Source of the DNA: Seison nebaliae
Taxonomy: Eukaryota
Length of the DNA stretch: 64,000 nt
Reading direction: 5' to 3'
Assembly: GCA_023231475.1 (NCBI GenBank)
Contig: JALJEE010003232.1
Span: forward strand, 1-64,000
The position numbers and the translations under genes are program-made. Positions 43,047-56,052 of the stretch are shown in pieces (position 1 is the stretch's first letter; every line of letters starts with the position of its first letter). The notes under the pieces were generated by a model. It did no database searches. It saw nothing but the letters and a program-made list of their open reading frames with translations, and had not been told where the DNA came from.

Positions 43047-46000
43047 ATGGGAGAAAATCGGAAATTGAATCGATTGAAAGAGATCGAGAAAGAGGTGCAG
43101 GAGAGATGGTACGAGGAGAAATGTTTCGAAAGTGATCATAAGAAACCGGGTGACTCGTATCTTGTCACTTTTCCTTATCCTTATATGAATGGTCGTCTAC
43201 ATCTCGGCCATGCCTTCACCATCAGTAAAGGTGAATTTGCTGTGGGATATGAGAGAATGAAAGGAAAAAATGCAATGTTTCCCTTCGCTTTCCATTGTAC
43301 AGGAATGCCGATAAAAGCATGTGCAGATAAATTGAAGAAAGAAATAGAATTATATGGAACCAAACCCATTTTTCCTGTAGACGATAACGATGAGAAGAAA
43401 GTTGAAGAGGAAATGGATAAATTGAAATTGGACAAGAGTAAAAGTAAGAAAAGTAAAGCTGTCGCCAAATCGGGAAATAGTAAATATCAATGGGAGATTA
43501 TGAAAGCTTTAGATATCGATGAGGAATTAATTCCAAAATTTAAAGAAAGTTTATTCTGGTTAAGTTACTTCCCACCAGCCGCTATTGATGATTTGAAATT
43601 ATTTGGATTGAAAAGTGATTGGAGACGCAGTTTCATAACGACGGAAGTGAATGCTTATTATGATTCATTTGTTAAATGGCAATTCCGTTTATTGAAAAAA
43701 GGAAATCATATAGTATTCGGTAAACGATACACTATCTATTCTCCAAAAGATCAACAACCTTGTATGGATCATGAGAGACAATCGGGAGAGAATGTCGGTC
43801 CACAAGAATATACATTAATCAAAATGAAATTAATCGATATTCCTGAAAAATTGAAAAAATTTGAAAATGACGGAATTTATTTGGTGGCAGCAACTTTACG
43901 CCCAGAAACGATGTATGGTCAAACGAATTGTTGGATATCTCCTAATATCATTTACCGTTTAATTCGAATGAAAAACGATGAGATATTCATCGCAACAAAT
44001 CATTCGATTAGAAACATGAAATTTCAGGAATTCGGAAATGATTTTGGTCAATTAGAAATATTGGGAGAGATTTCTGGAATGGAATTGATGGGATTGAAAA
44101 TTCGAGCACCATTAGCACAATATGAACATGTTTATACTCTCCCTATGATGACTATAAAAGAGACGAAAGGAACTGGAATTGTCACCAGCGTTCCATCAGA
44201 TTCACCTGATGATTATGCGACATTGATGGATTTGAAAAATAAGAAAGAATTGAGAAAGAAATTTGATATTGGAGATGAGATGGTAATTCCTTTTGAACCG
44301 ATTCCAATAATCAGAGTAGAAGAATTTGGAGATTTGTCTGCTAAATTCGCTTATGAAAAATTGAAAATAAAAAGTCAGAACGATAGTGATAAATTGTTGA
44401 AAGCGAAAGAGATGGTTTATTTGAAAGGATTTTATGATGGTATTATGATCATTGGAGAATATAAAGGAGAGAAAGTGAAAGATGTGAAGAATTTAATCAA
44501 AGAAAAATTATTAGAAGAAAAACTTGCTGTCATCTATTACGAACCAGAAAGAGAAATTATTTCACGTTCAAACGATATTTGTGTGGTGGCATTATGTGAT
44601 CAATGGTTCTTGGATTATGGTGAAGAGAAATGGAAAAAAGCCACATCGAAAGCATTAGATAATTGTACTTTACATTCGGATGATGATAAGAAAACGGCGA
44701 ATAATTTTCGAACGACTCTCGATTGGTTACATTCTCATGCTTGTGCCAGAAAATTCGGTTTAGGTACCAGATTGCCATGGGATACCGATTGGTTAATCGA
44801 AGCCTTGTCTGATAGTACCATTTATATGGCATACTATACTGTCGCACATATTCTACATGGTCATGATAATTTGGATGGAAAAAAAACGGAAATCGATCCA
44901 GCCGATTTGACTGATCATGTCTGGAATTTTATTTTCATGTCAGATAAATTCAATTTGAATTTAAATACGAAAGATCATATCGGAAATTTGAAAACGTTGA
45001 AAATGGAGACGATAGAAAAGATGAGATATGAATTCCGTTATTGGTATCCAGTGGCACTTCGAATTTCTGGTAAAGATTTAGTGCCGAATCATTTGACTTA
45101 TTTCATTTATAATCACACCGCCATTTGGCCCGAAGAAGAAGAGAAATGGCCGAAAGGTATTCGTGTCAATGGACATCTCTCTCTTAATAATGAGAAAATG
45201 AGTAAATCGACAGGCAATTTCCTGACACTTCGACAATCTATCGAACGATATTCAGCTGATGCCACTCGATTATGTTTAGCTGACGCTGGTGATGGAATCG
45301 AAGACGCTAATTTCCGTTTCGATTCAGCCGAATTAATTATGCTCCGTTTGTACACACTTATCGAATGGAGTGAATGGATAATGGAAAAAATAACGGTTTT
45401 GAAAAAAGAAGGAATTGAAAAAACAATTGGAATGAAACCATTAAATGATAATCTTCGTTTAAATTCTGATGAGGAGACATTCCATGATAAAGTCTTCCAG
45501 AATGAGATGGACATGTTAATTAATAAAACGAAAATCGCTTTCGACACTTTCATGTTTCGTGATGCCATCAAATATGGTTTCTTCCAATTCCAATCGGCTA
45601 GAGATAAATATCGAGAAGTCTCTCAACAATCCAATATTGGAATGCGATTTGATTTACTTTTGAAATTTATACGTCTTCAAGCATTACTCATTACGCCTAT
45701 TTGTTCTCATATGGCGGAATTTTTATGGAAATTATTAGGAAATTCTTCATTCATTGTCGATGAACCATTTCCAGAAATTCGACAATTCGATAATTCCATC
45801 TTATCAGCTGCTTCATTCTTATCCGATGTCATTCATGATTATCGATTGAAATATCAAAATTTCATCAATCCCCCAAAACAAAACCGTTCGCCGATATCGA
45901 TGAATGATTTACAGAATTGTGAAATCGAAGTGGCGAAAGGTCGACCTGAATGGCAAGATGTTGTCCTCAATCTACTCAAAGTGCAATTGAAGAAAACTGG

Positions 46001-46759
46001 TGAATTGCCTAAAATGAAGGAATTATCAAAAATGTTAATGTCGATGAAGGAATTGAAAGAATTCAAAAAAAAATTAATGCCATTCGCTGATTTTTGTCGG
46101 AAGGAAATGGAAGAATTCGGAATTGACGCATGTGATCTCAAATTCAATGAGAAGGAAATTTTAGAAGAAAATCGAAATTATATCATGACGATAATTCCAG
46201 AAATCTCCAAATTATCAATTATCGAATCAACCGATTTCAAATCGTGCGAACCAGGAAAACCAAAAATTCTTTTCAATACTAAAATAGTTTTAAATATTTC
46301 TTCTCATTCATTTCCATCATATTTCTTTATATTTCAGATCGACAATTATTTAAATTTCATTCTCACATCGACGGTTATCTCGTCGTCAGTTATGGTAAAT
46401 TCGGAGATAATCGAACTTTATAAAAATGATGATTTCATTTCGTTGAGATGTCGTATTAAGAATCGAATATTGAGAAATAAACAAGGAAATATTCGAGTTA
46501 ATTTATTTCTATTATTTTTTGAATAAGCCAACGAAATTCTTTCCAGATTTTTTTCCATTCAAACGGATATTGTGGCACCAGGAAAGTTCCATCATGTCAT
46601 TTGTCCAATAAACATTTCCTCGATGACGTTCATAAGTTGGATTTGATGGAATTGACGAAAGAGAAAAGTCAATTTCGTTTAACGGATGGAAATATTATAG
46701 TCGTTCATGATGGAACTGAATATGAGAGCGGAAATCGATTTTTGTGCATCATCGAATAA
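43047..46759 (+). CDS. LARS1: Cytoplasmic leucyl-tRNA synthetase
   Basis: [14 protein letters not shown] (HIGH-like), CP1 editing domain [14 protein letters not shown] and [20 protein letters not shown]; introns 46287-46337 and 46496-46546. Confidence 0.97.
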
Positions 46760-46935
46760 ATCCAATGATCATGAATAAGGAAATTGATTTAAAGAAATTA
46801 ATTTCCATTTCCTTCGAAATAAGTATTTAATTGAAAAAGAATAAATTATTCCAACAAATAAAATTTTCAATTATATTTTTCCTTTACAAAAAACTTCATT
46901 TTTCCTATATTTTTCATAATACTTAATACCTAATT

Positions 46936-49613
46936 ATGAGAACTTCTTGTCATGGTATTAATCGATTGAATAACAATATATCTTGGTCCGAATTTACATT
47001 TTGGCTCATTATTAGCATTACAGGTTTCTAATCAACTTTTATGTCAAGAATGAAATTTTAAGGATTCTCTCTCATGATCTTTTTTATGGAGAAGAGTTTT
47101 AGCACTTACTTCAATGAGGGAACAGTACCGAAAATATCGGAACTGGTCAAAACTGAATTAGAATTCCCACAAATCTACATTTGTAACAAAAATCAGTTAT
47201 AATTTGAACTTATTTGAATTCTCTTTTAAGTTATATGAAATGGAATAGAATGTATAAAGATAATATCAATAAAAGGACATTGACCACCTATCAAATCACT
47301 CGCACTCAAGATTTCTTTGAAAGAATGAAAGGATTTTTATCTGCTGTCAAACTCGCCAGTAGATCTCATTATTTTCCAGTAATTCAGGATATTCTCAGAG
47401 ATGAGAATCTGACATATATCAGATTAAAGAATGAGATAATTGCAGTAGTCTATCAAACGATTTTGAGTATATCTGGTAATTCGACGGGTACCGCGCACGT
47501 AATGGGTGAACTCATGTCTACCAATCTGTTATACGAATGTTCGATAGTTGGCGCATCATCGAAATATCAAAACGTAGAATTCTATCGCCAATGTATTCGT
47601 AATAATGCTATTATACGGATTGAATTGAAAGGTAGACAAATAATCGATAAAGTTTATTCGCAGTTTGTTCGTCGAATGGATCAAAGTGGAATACTTCAGT
47701 TTAAAATGTTCCAATCCTCTATTAATTTGTCATTCGTCAACTTATCACAAATCTCAACAAACAGTTCAATTTGTTTCGATTATTTGAGAAGAAGTCGTCT
47801 CGTAACTAATTCGTTAATGGATGATTGGGATGAATATTATGAGAATCAAAAAGTGCAAAAAACGAGACATGTGATGAAACGGACTTGTGAAGGACTTTTG
47901 AGATTTGCATTGTTAGGTACCGCCATCGGTAAGAAATGGAAGAATAATATGATCAACTATATGAATTATAGATATATTATTCGAAATTTCTATGATTATT
48001 TCCCCACCACATTAATCAATTTGGTAGAATTACTCGTGGTTCGAATGAGAATTCTAATGAAAAATGTGAAAAACAACTTGAATTATTCATACAAAACGCA
48101 GCGCCATATTCCAATACTTTTTACTTCCCAATTTTTCTGTAGTACTCTCCCGAAAAAAGAAGATCAAAATTTCTGCTTCGATTATCACATCGACGTTCTC
48201 CATTGTGCATTGAGAATTACTAATGTTCTCGCATACAGTTTATTTAATAAAGCGGAAGATAATGCAAACGGTTTTTTCTTCATAAATTTTCTCGGATTTT
48301 TTAATTTTATTTTGAATTTCACTAGAAACCGTTTTTATCGATCAATTATATGATATGACGAAATGGAATTTGAATGATAACATTTATTATTGTACATTCA
48401 AATCAGCTGCTTGTCGATTAAATGTTATTCTTTTTAAAAATCTTTAAACTGTTTCATTTCTCATTTCCAAACAGTTCTTTGTACCTGTTCGAAATCAATT
48501 AGGTCTCTGTTACGCTTTAGATGGTATTGATATCAAATTGGAGAGTATGATGTCTTATCCACAATTGGAGAAATTGGATGATTGGAATAATTTCCCTCGA
48601 CAAGAAATGCCTGGTGTTCGAGGTGGACTACAATTACTCTTCTACACTGGAAATGGTAAGACGATCGATTTCGATTATGGTGTTGAACCGTTAGAGACAA
48701 TGCTACTCATTAGGAATACAAAGAATCCATTCTTTTATCCATATGCTTTCCGTTATCTATTATTGACGGGACATTATCATGATATTCGTTTGAAATTGAA
48801 AAAAGTTTGTTCATCATATTCATAATTGATTCCATCAACTTCTCAGGTGAAAAAATTAAACACGAAAAATTTTAATTGTTCCAATAACATGGAATTCGAT
48901 CAGGACTATTGTTTGTATAAATGTACGAAACAGATTCAAGCTGAGCAATGTAACTGCACGTTTGTGGAACCGTTAAGTTTGAAATTGTATTTGAGAATAA
49001 TATCTTGTTAATATTATACATATTATATTGTTAAGATTCTTATAGAAATTGTTCAAATTTCAAAGATTTCAATTGCCTTCGACAACGATTTCGTGACGCG
49101 TTAGCCGAACAATTCTACATCAATTCGAGATGTAGTCATTGTAATGTGAATCAATGTGAATATTACGATTATAGTATCGATGCATTCAATATCGCCGATT
49201 TACAACAGAATGCGATCGAATATATTTATAAGAAATATCGAATCAGATGTGCACTCGCTCATCAAGTGATTAGTGCGAATGGATATTATTTTCTCAATAT
49301 TTCTATGACGGCCGCCGATCATGAGATATGGTACAAAAAACATTGTTTGTCCATTGAAAATTTTACGTTAGACCATCTTCGTCATAATCACATTCAATTC
49401 TCTTTGTATAGACAAAAAGTGATTTTTTTAAATATTTATTTCGATGATTTGACGATCACGGAAGAAACGGAAGAATTAGAAATGGATCATTGGACATTGT
49501 TAAGTTCGATTGGAAATTATGCAGGAATGTTCCTCGGTATGAGTTTAATAACAGTCATCGAAATAGTTTCTAATTTAATCACTTTATTCCACGCTTACTT
49601 CAACCCAACTTAA
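46936..49613 (+). CDS. DEG/ENaC/ASIC-family ion channel
   Basis: N-terminal TSCHG and FW, FPQIYICN, Cys-rich thumb (CLYKC...CNC), FLNIYFDDL, TM2 LSSIGNYAGMFLGMSLITVIE. Confidence 0.9.
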
Positions 49614-50435
49614 AGATCCTTCATCTCTTCATCTTCCTCTAACGTTAATAAACTTCAAATATCAATAAGTCTTAAGAGAATTCTATAAAATTTTTTCTGG
49701 AGAAATGAATGAGTCTAACTGGATTTATATCCTATATCCACAACACAATCTAGAATTAAAGTGTCAAACCATTTACTTAGTTAATGTCAAGGAATATAAT
49801 AAACGGAATTTTAACAGGAGAACAACAATAAAAGATTAAGAAAATAATAATATTATACTTCTCCCATACTCTATATCCGCCAACGAAGATGAAGTTACGA
49901 AGAAGAATTATGTTGTCATCCTATTCTTTCACAAGACTTTCTCATATAAAAACGACATTCATTTTCAGCTTAACGAAACATAAAAATTTTAATGATTTCA
50001 ACCAACTATTCAACTCAAGCAATAAGAACAGTTCGGTGTGCGTCTTTCATCCTTACACTTATTTTTACTTTGTTAGTCGCAACGACACCCCCTCTTTATT
50101 ACGTTCAAATATGAATAACTCGCTACATATACGATAACTTTCAATTCGAAATTTTCTTTCAAGTACGTAGTTTCTTTGTCGCCGTAACGATTACTCAATA
50201 ATTATTCAATATTCATCAATTCCATATCATATGGTTAATTAGAATAGAAGAATTTTTTTATTTCTCAAATTAATAATTTCATAAATTCCGAAAAAAAATC
50301 AATTAATTTTTCATTAAACGATATATTTGTTATTAGACATTCTCCATCAATTCTTTTCTCAATATCGTTCAACGACATTCTCATTAAATTTTCCTTCGAT
50401 TCATCGATTAAATTCTTGTGAGTGAAGTGTCGACG

Positions 50436-52643
50436 ATGCAAAACATTTCGAATAAAAGGTTCTAATTACTTAAAATGATTTTGAATATTGTTGTTTGAAA
50501 AAAAAAACAAAAATTACCTAATTTCCTACATAGTACTAATAGCGCAATCTTCTACACACATTCTTTACGTAATAATTCAAATTCGCCCCGCAAAATATCC
50601 AATGAGAAGCAGAAATCTGTCATATCGAAAGTTATTCTATTTGAAGCACTTTACTCATTTGTAATTGTAATATATGTCCGATTTTACTCCATTTAATTAT
50701 GTACAAAATACATTACTTTCTTCTCGTCGTCATGACAACAGCGTTTAACTGATATACAAAATTTATATTCTTCACCTCGCTCAAAGAAATCGAGAAATTA
50801 TTCATTAGATATTCTCAATAAGAATTATTGCGATCCCCCCAAATTCCAAGAATTGCCACAAGTCAATTTTCAATTTGTTGTTTCATTTATTTCGAATTAA
50901 TTGCAGATTCCCGTCTCATCCCGACATACAACTAGAGAAGATTATCATAATCGTCATCATCAGTTCTATTATGAAAATGTTCTTCTTAATTTCCCATCAT
51001 TAAAATGTTCGATTGATCCATTGATATAGAAGAACGATAGAATAAGACCTCCTAGAAGTGTTTCGAGACAAAAACGAACGAAAATGAAATCTCGACGAAA
51101 TGACGTTGTGACTGATATGAACAAAGCGATCCAAATGATCTATGAGGCTTGCAAGAGAATGACCCCACCAGACCGCGTATTTACTCGTACAATTATCCAT
51201 TACAATGAAGATCAATTAAACCAGATTCAAAAAGAATTCCAGATAAAATATTCCCTCGATGTTTATCGAGAATTGTTGAAAGTTCTCGGAAATGATTTTC
51301 GTCCATTACTCAATAATTCTTTCAAACCCAAAGAAGTCAATTTAGTCCACACCATTTACGAGAGTCTCTACGTTGACCCAATTCCTTAATTTCCATTATC
51401 CTAATACTTGTTTGTAGGAACCGGATTATGCGGCGTTACATATCACTGAAATAGTTTCATTGCGAAATCAGAAGGAAGTGAAATTTTTAAAAAATATTTA
51501 TCTCCAAAGTTCCTAAATTTTTTCTTTGCGCTAAAACCACCGTGATAATTTTCGAAGCATATGGTAAACCGTTGGAAGCGGAAATCGAAGATAAGATGGA
51601 AGGAGAATTATGTCGTTTCATTTTGGCGATTTTGAATGTTTCATATTTCCATTTAATTGGACTTAGTTCAGTTGATTCTATTTGAAATGATGTTTTAGAC
51701 GGAACGATTTCCGGAGAAGAAATTAACAAAAAAGGAAATTAATTTGGATTTGGAGAAACTGAAGAATGAGAAAGATGTGACACAAGGACATTTGATCTAT
51801 ATTCTACAAAATTATTCTTTCGTAAATTCCATTCAATTATTTAATGCATACAAATCAGTTAGTTGAAGGGAATGGTAAAGGGAAATTTATTCAATCGATA
51901 TTTCAGATGTATAACGAAGATATTTGTGACAGTGTGGCGAAACGATGTAATTATCAGCAATCTGAATTTTATCCATCTGGAGGATTTAGTCATCGTGGAA
52001 ATGAAACAGATAGACGAAATATGAACCCCCAATTATTGACAACTCAAGAGAATGAAGATGAAAGTTGATATTTTAATAAAATAATTTATATAATTTATTT
52101 ATTAAACAATTCATAAAATTTAATAATATTTTATATAACTGGGGACGAATTAGGTGGAGAAACGGTAAATTTCGCAAGAGCACTTCGAAGTTACATTCAA
52201 ATTCAACGAGAACCATTGAAATATTTCGCAATTAAATTACGAAGAATACTTCGAGGTAAATCTTTGGATTATGGATGTTTATCTGATCAAATATCTGATA
52301 TCGTCATCAACATAAGAAAAGTTTCATTTTCCATATTTTTTCCAATTTCACTTTTTTATTATTTCTTAAAAATTAAATAATAATTAAAATAAATTTAGAA
52401 ACCCTATTTTTTATCAATACCTGATGAATATAAGAAATTGAAGAAAGGGCAAGTGACGAATAGTAAGAATGGAGTATTGATTAAACAAGACACGTCGTTA
52501 TTGGAAGATATTGAATTATCGATACCGTCCCAATCTTTGTCATATGTCATTTGTTACTTGTGGGATAATAATCATGTTAAATTTTCTTATATTTCTTTTC
52601 AATTTAAAATTTTTTGAACATTTAGAAAAAGAGAACAATTTGA
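50436..52643 (+). CDS. Divergent annexin-like protein (multi-exon; ends approximate)
   Basis: Annexin-repeat patterns AIQMIYEACK...QLNQIQKEFQIKYSLDVYRELLKVLGNDFRPLL and YGKPLEAEIEDKMEGEL; YFAIKLRRIL. Confidence 0.6.
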
Positions 52644-52809
52644 GAGATATTATTGCGGAAAATAATTTTGATGAAATAAAAAAGGAAACGCGGGAAAATT
52701 TCGTTTATTACTGAGGAGGAATTATATGAAATTGTATAAAAAAAATTGTTGAGAATAAGTTTCTTTACAAAAGGAAGAGATTTTTGAGAGATAAAACAAA
52801 AGTAAAAAA

Positions 52810-55752
52810 TCATAAGTAAAATAATTTGTCTTGTAATTCAGGTCGAGGTACGTTCTGAAGGACTTGACCGACCATCGACGCTAATCGATGAGCGAATTGA
52901 CAAGGAGCTGGAACACTGATACTTCCCGGCCAATTGTAATAAAGAAATGACATTTTGTACGCCATCTGTTGAAGGAAATTGACTGATGCTGTCGATTTGT
53001 TGAGGAGTACGGTATAATGAGTGGGTGATACAGTTCCTTGGTTTTTGCATTGAGAAACGAGAAAGAAATCCATCCACGTTTCACTCGTTATCGAATGATC
53101 AACAATCATTCCAGGTAATGGATTGACCAATCTTTCATTTCTTCCACAATTATTTTGTCGTCGATTATTATTGTTCATATTGTTATTATTGTTATTAATT
53201 CGTAATAATCTATGATTAATTCTTTTATTAATAATTATATATGAAATTTCGGGCGGATTTCGACCATATTCTTTATATAATTCATTCACCATATGTACAA
53301 ATGGTTCACATTCATTTTTTCTCACTTTTATGAAATTTTGTTCGCCAATTCCATCACGATAAAATAATATAAATGCTGGTAAACGACCATTCGAACGTTG
53401 CATATACATTTCCAAAGCTTTTCTCCCACATTTCTTCAATTCGTCAACAATTTCCGTTTTTGGCGGTTGAAATGCCACTTGCGAATACCATTCGGTGAAT
53501 CTGGGATTTAATGAACTAACAATTCCAGCTACTGACGGTTTCTTCATACCAGGACCATGATGATACACGTCCATACCGAATGCCATCAAACCATCAGATG
53601 GTAATTGGACCGCCCAACTGGCACCACCCAATTTACAATTAATTTGTAGAATAATATTTTGCACAATTGTTCGAACTGTTTTTTTCGTCACTATCGTCGC
53701 GCCTAATACGACTTGTGATGGGATTGCATTTTCCGTGCACAAAACACGTTTAACGGCCGCATAACGATCTTCTCGTTGTGATGGGAAGAAAATGACGATA
53801 AAATCCGGTTTCTTATCTACCATCTTTCTCAAAACATCGACATAACAAGCCGTTTGATCACTAGGTAATAATTGACGGAATGGTTGAGAATAAGAAATTC
53901 CCAAACGAGCCGAACTTTGAGAATAAAATTCACAAAATTTTTTCGCTGCCGTTTCGTCCCGTCTCGTATAGAGAATGATCCAACGATTCTTTTGGACCAC
54001 GGTATGTGCCGCACCTTCCATTCGAACCCAATCATTTCTTTCATTATTAATTAATTGTCGTTTATTATTTCCAAAAATGACATTTTCATGTGGGAGAATT
54101 CTCGCATTCAAATCTAAAAGATTTGTTCCAATTTTCATATTCCAATCTGATAACATTTTCTTCGCTTCTGGAGTTGTATTCACATTTCTCGCAAACGACA
54201 ATAATGCTTGTTGACGTTGTTCCGGTCTCAATTGTAAATGTCCCGCCAAATCTTTCATACATCGACGATCAGATCGAAGACTTTCTCGCAATCCTGACAT
54301 TCTCATTAATTCAGGAATGAGAATTATCGGTTCGGAAACGGGAGTTGATTTTGTCGATTGATTTTGTTTCATCACTTTCATTTTCGGATAATGTACAAAT
54401 AATGGTTGATTCATATCTCCCAATGTTATATTATATTGTTTCTTATAATATTCTTGGAATGTAATCATTCGATCTTTAATGATGAAACCACCAGTTGGAT
54501 TCTTCTCCCAATCAATTTCATCAATTTTATAAATTCGATTATTATACACCGAAACGATTGTACAACCAATCAACACTTTCTCACACTCATCACGAAATAA
54601 ACTTTTATCACGAACAGATTGATAAATCGATTTCATCACGTCTAAACACGTCTCCATATTCAATACACGATGAGAGACGTCTAATTTCAATAATAATCCT
54701 TCAGGACGATTGTGCACTTTAGCCACATAACCCGGCCAGATCTCCAATTTATGTTGAGGAATACTAATCGGATGCTTATAATCGTAGAGACCTTTGCCCA
54801 TCGGTAACATTTGTAATTTCTCCATGACACGTCGGAAAAGTGTATTGAAAAAATGTTCGGAAATTGAATCGGTTCGATTTTTCACCGCTTGAATCATCAC
54901 ACGATATTTGTCATCGTCAATTTCGATCGTTTCACTAATTAAATTCCTTCCCAAATCTCTTGGAATATACAAATTAGTTCCATCATAATGCTTCACTAAG
55001 CCCAGACCTTTGTCTTGTTTTTCAAAAATTTTATTAATTAATAAATTTCGAAAACGAATATTTTCTATCATCGGATCGAATTGAATGGAATAAACGAAAA
55101 TACTATTAATATTATTTTCGAATTGAATTGGCAGAAAATTACATTGAATTGGAATTTCACTTCCACCCGTACCACGACAATCTTCCGGTTTCTCTTCATC
55201 TTTATACCGTTCCATAATACTGTCAGTCGCTTCAAATAAAGATTTTGTACATTTCTCCGATTGAAATGTCAGAGCACTATCGTCACTCTTCGTTACTGTT
55301 GTTGTTGTTGTCGTTTTCTCCGGATTAGTCACTTGATAATTTGTAATTTTTTTCACCGTTTCCATTTCAATTTCAAAATCCATTTCTTCCACTTCTGGTT
55401 CTTTGGTGATTGATGGGAATAATGCTGGATCGATATTCATATCTTCCCTCATCACTGGCATCGGTAAATGATCCACATCAAATTTCATCTTTTTATTATT
55501 CATCAATCGTTGAATCATCAACATTTTCGTCATTTTTGTTGTATCTTCCGACGATTCCGTTTCATGGATCGAATGTTTCCTTGATACTTTAATTGAAGCA
55601 TCAGATGGTGACGGTGTCGGTTCTTCCTGAACATTATTTTTTAATTCAGGTGTCGATGTTTCCACAACATTCGCTTTTTGTTCTTGTTCATATTTCCGTT
55701 GACGCTCCTCTTTCTCTTTCTTTAACTTCCTTAACAAACTCAACTTTTCCAT
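52810..55752 (-). CDS. piwi: PIWI-clade Argonaute, single exon
   Basis: LEIWPGY, PAZ (YNNRIYKIDEIDW...ITFQEYYKKQY...LIPEL), MID Y-K-Q-K pocket, catalytic D (GMDVYH), E, D (YRDG), H (FAHRL), C-terminal LFYL. Confidence 0.97.
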   Translation of the reverse strand: MEKLSLLRKLKKEKEERQRKYEQEQKANVVETSTPELKNNVQEEPTPSPSDASIKVSRKHSIHETESSEDTTKMTKMLMIQRLMNNKKMKFDVDHLPMPVMREDMNIDPALFPSITKEPEVEEMDFEIEMETVKKITNYQVTNPEKTTTTTTVTKSDDSALTFQSEKCTKSLFEATDSIMERYKDEEKPEDCRGTGGSEIPIQCNFLPIQFENNINSIFVYSIQFDPMIENIRFRNLLINKIFEKQDKGLGLVKHYDGTNLYIPRDLGRNLISETIEIDDDKYRVMIQAVKNRTDSISEHFFNTLFRRVMEKLQMLPMGKGLYDYKHPISIPQHKLEIWPGYVAKVHNRPEGLLLKLDVSHRVLNMETCLDVMKSIYQSVRDKSLFRDECEKVLIGCTIVSVYNNRIYKIDEIDWEKNPTGGFIIKDRMITFQEYYKKQYNITLGDMNQPLFVHYPKMKVMKQNQSTKSTPVSEPIILIPELMRMSGLRESLRSDRRCMKDLAGHLQLRPEQRQQALLSFARNVNTTPEAKKMLSDWNMKIGTNLLDLNARILPHENVIFGNNKRQLINNERNDWVRMEGAAHTVVQKNRWIILYTRRDETAAKKFCEFYSQSSARLGISYSQPFRQLLPSDQTACYVDVLRKMVDKKPDFIVIFFPSQREDRYAAVKRVLCTENAIPSQVVLGATIVTKKTVRTIVQNIILQINCKLGGASWAVQLPSDGLMAFGMDVYHHGPGMKKPSVAGIVSSLNPRFTEWYSQVAFQPPKTEIVDELKKCGRKALEMYMQRSNGRLPAFILFYRDGIGEQNFIKVRKNECEPFVHMVNELYKEYGRNPPEISYIIINKRINHRLLRINNNNNNMNNNNRRQNNCGRNERLVNPLPGMIVDHSITSETWMDFFLVSQCKNQGTVSPTHYTVLLNKSTASVNFLQQMAYKMSFLYYNWPGSISVPAPCQFAHRLASMVGQVLQNVPRPELQDKLFYL

Positions 55753-56052
55753 TTTAGTTCTGAATCAGTAAGATCACAGAGAATGAGATATCTGGATTGA
55801 AGAGCAATGTCAATTACCCATGTGCAAATTCAAATAGTTACCGGATTCTCTTAAGAATTCTACGAGTATTAGAAACTTCTCAATTAATTTTTCAATTTCA
55901 AATTTTTAGTTTTCTCTCTCACCGTTTTCAATTGATATTATTCTCTGCATAATAATAAACAATGATCATTTTTATTAGTTTTTTCCCATTCATTCCATCA
56001 TTATTCGAAAGAGAAGAAGATATTTTTATTCCTTTCATATTTCATCCATAAA

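Noticed and set aside
43181..46147. Antisense ORFs inside LARS1, and similar ones inside iGluR, PIWI and nAChR
   Set aside because: Shadow frames of real coding sequence with no recognisable motifs.
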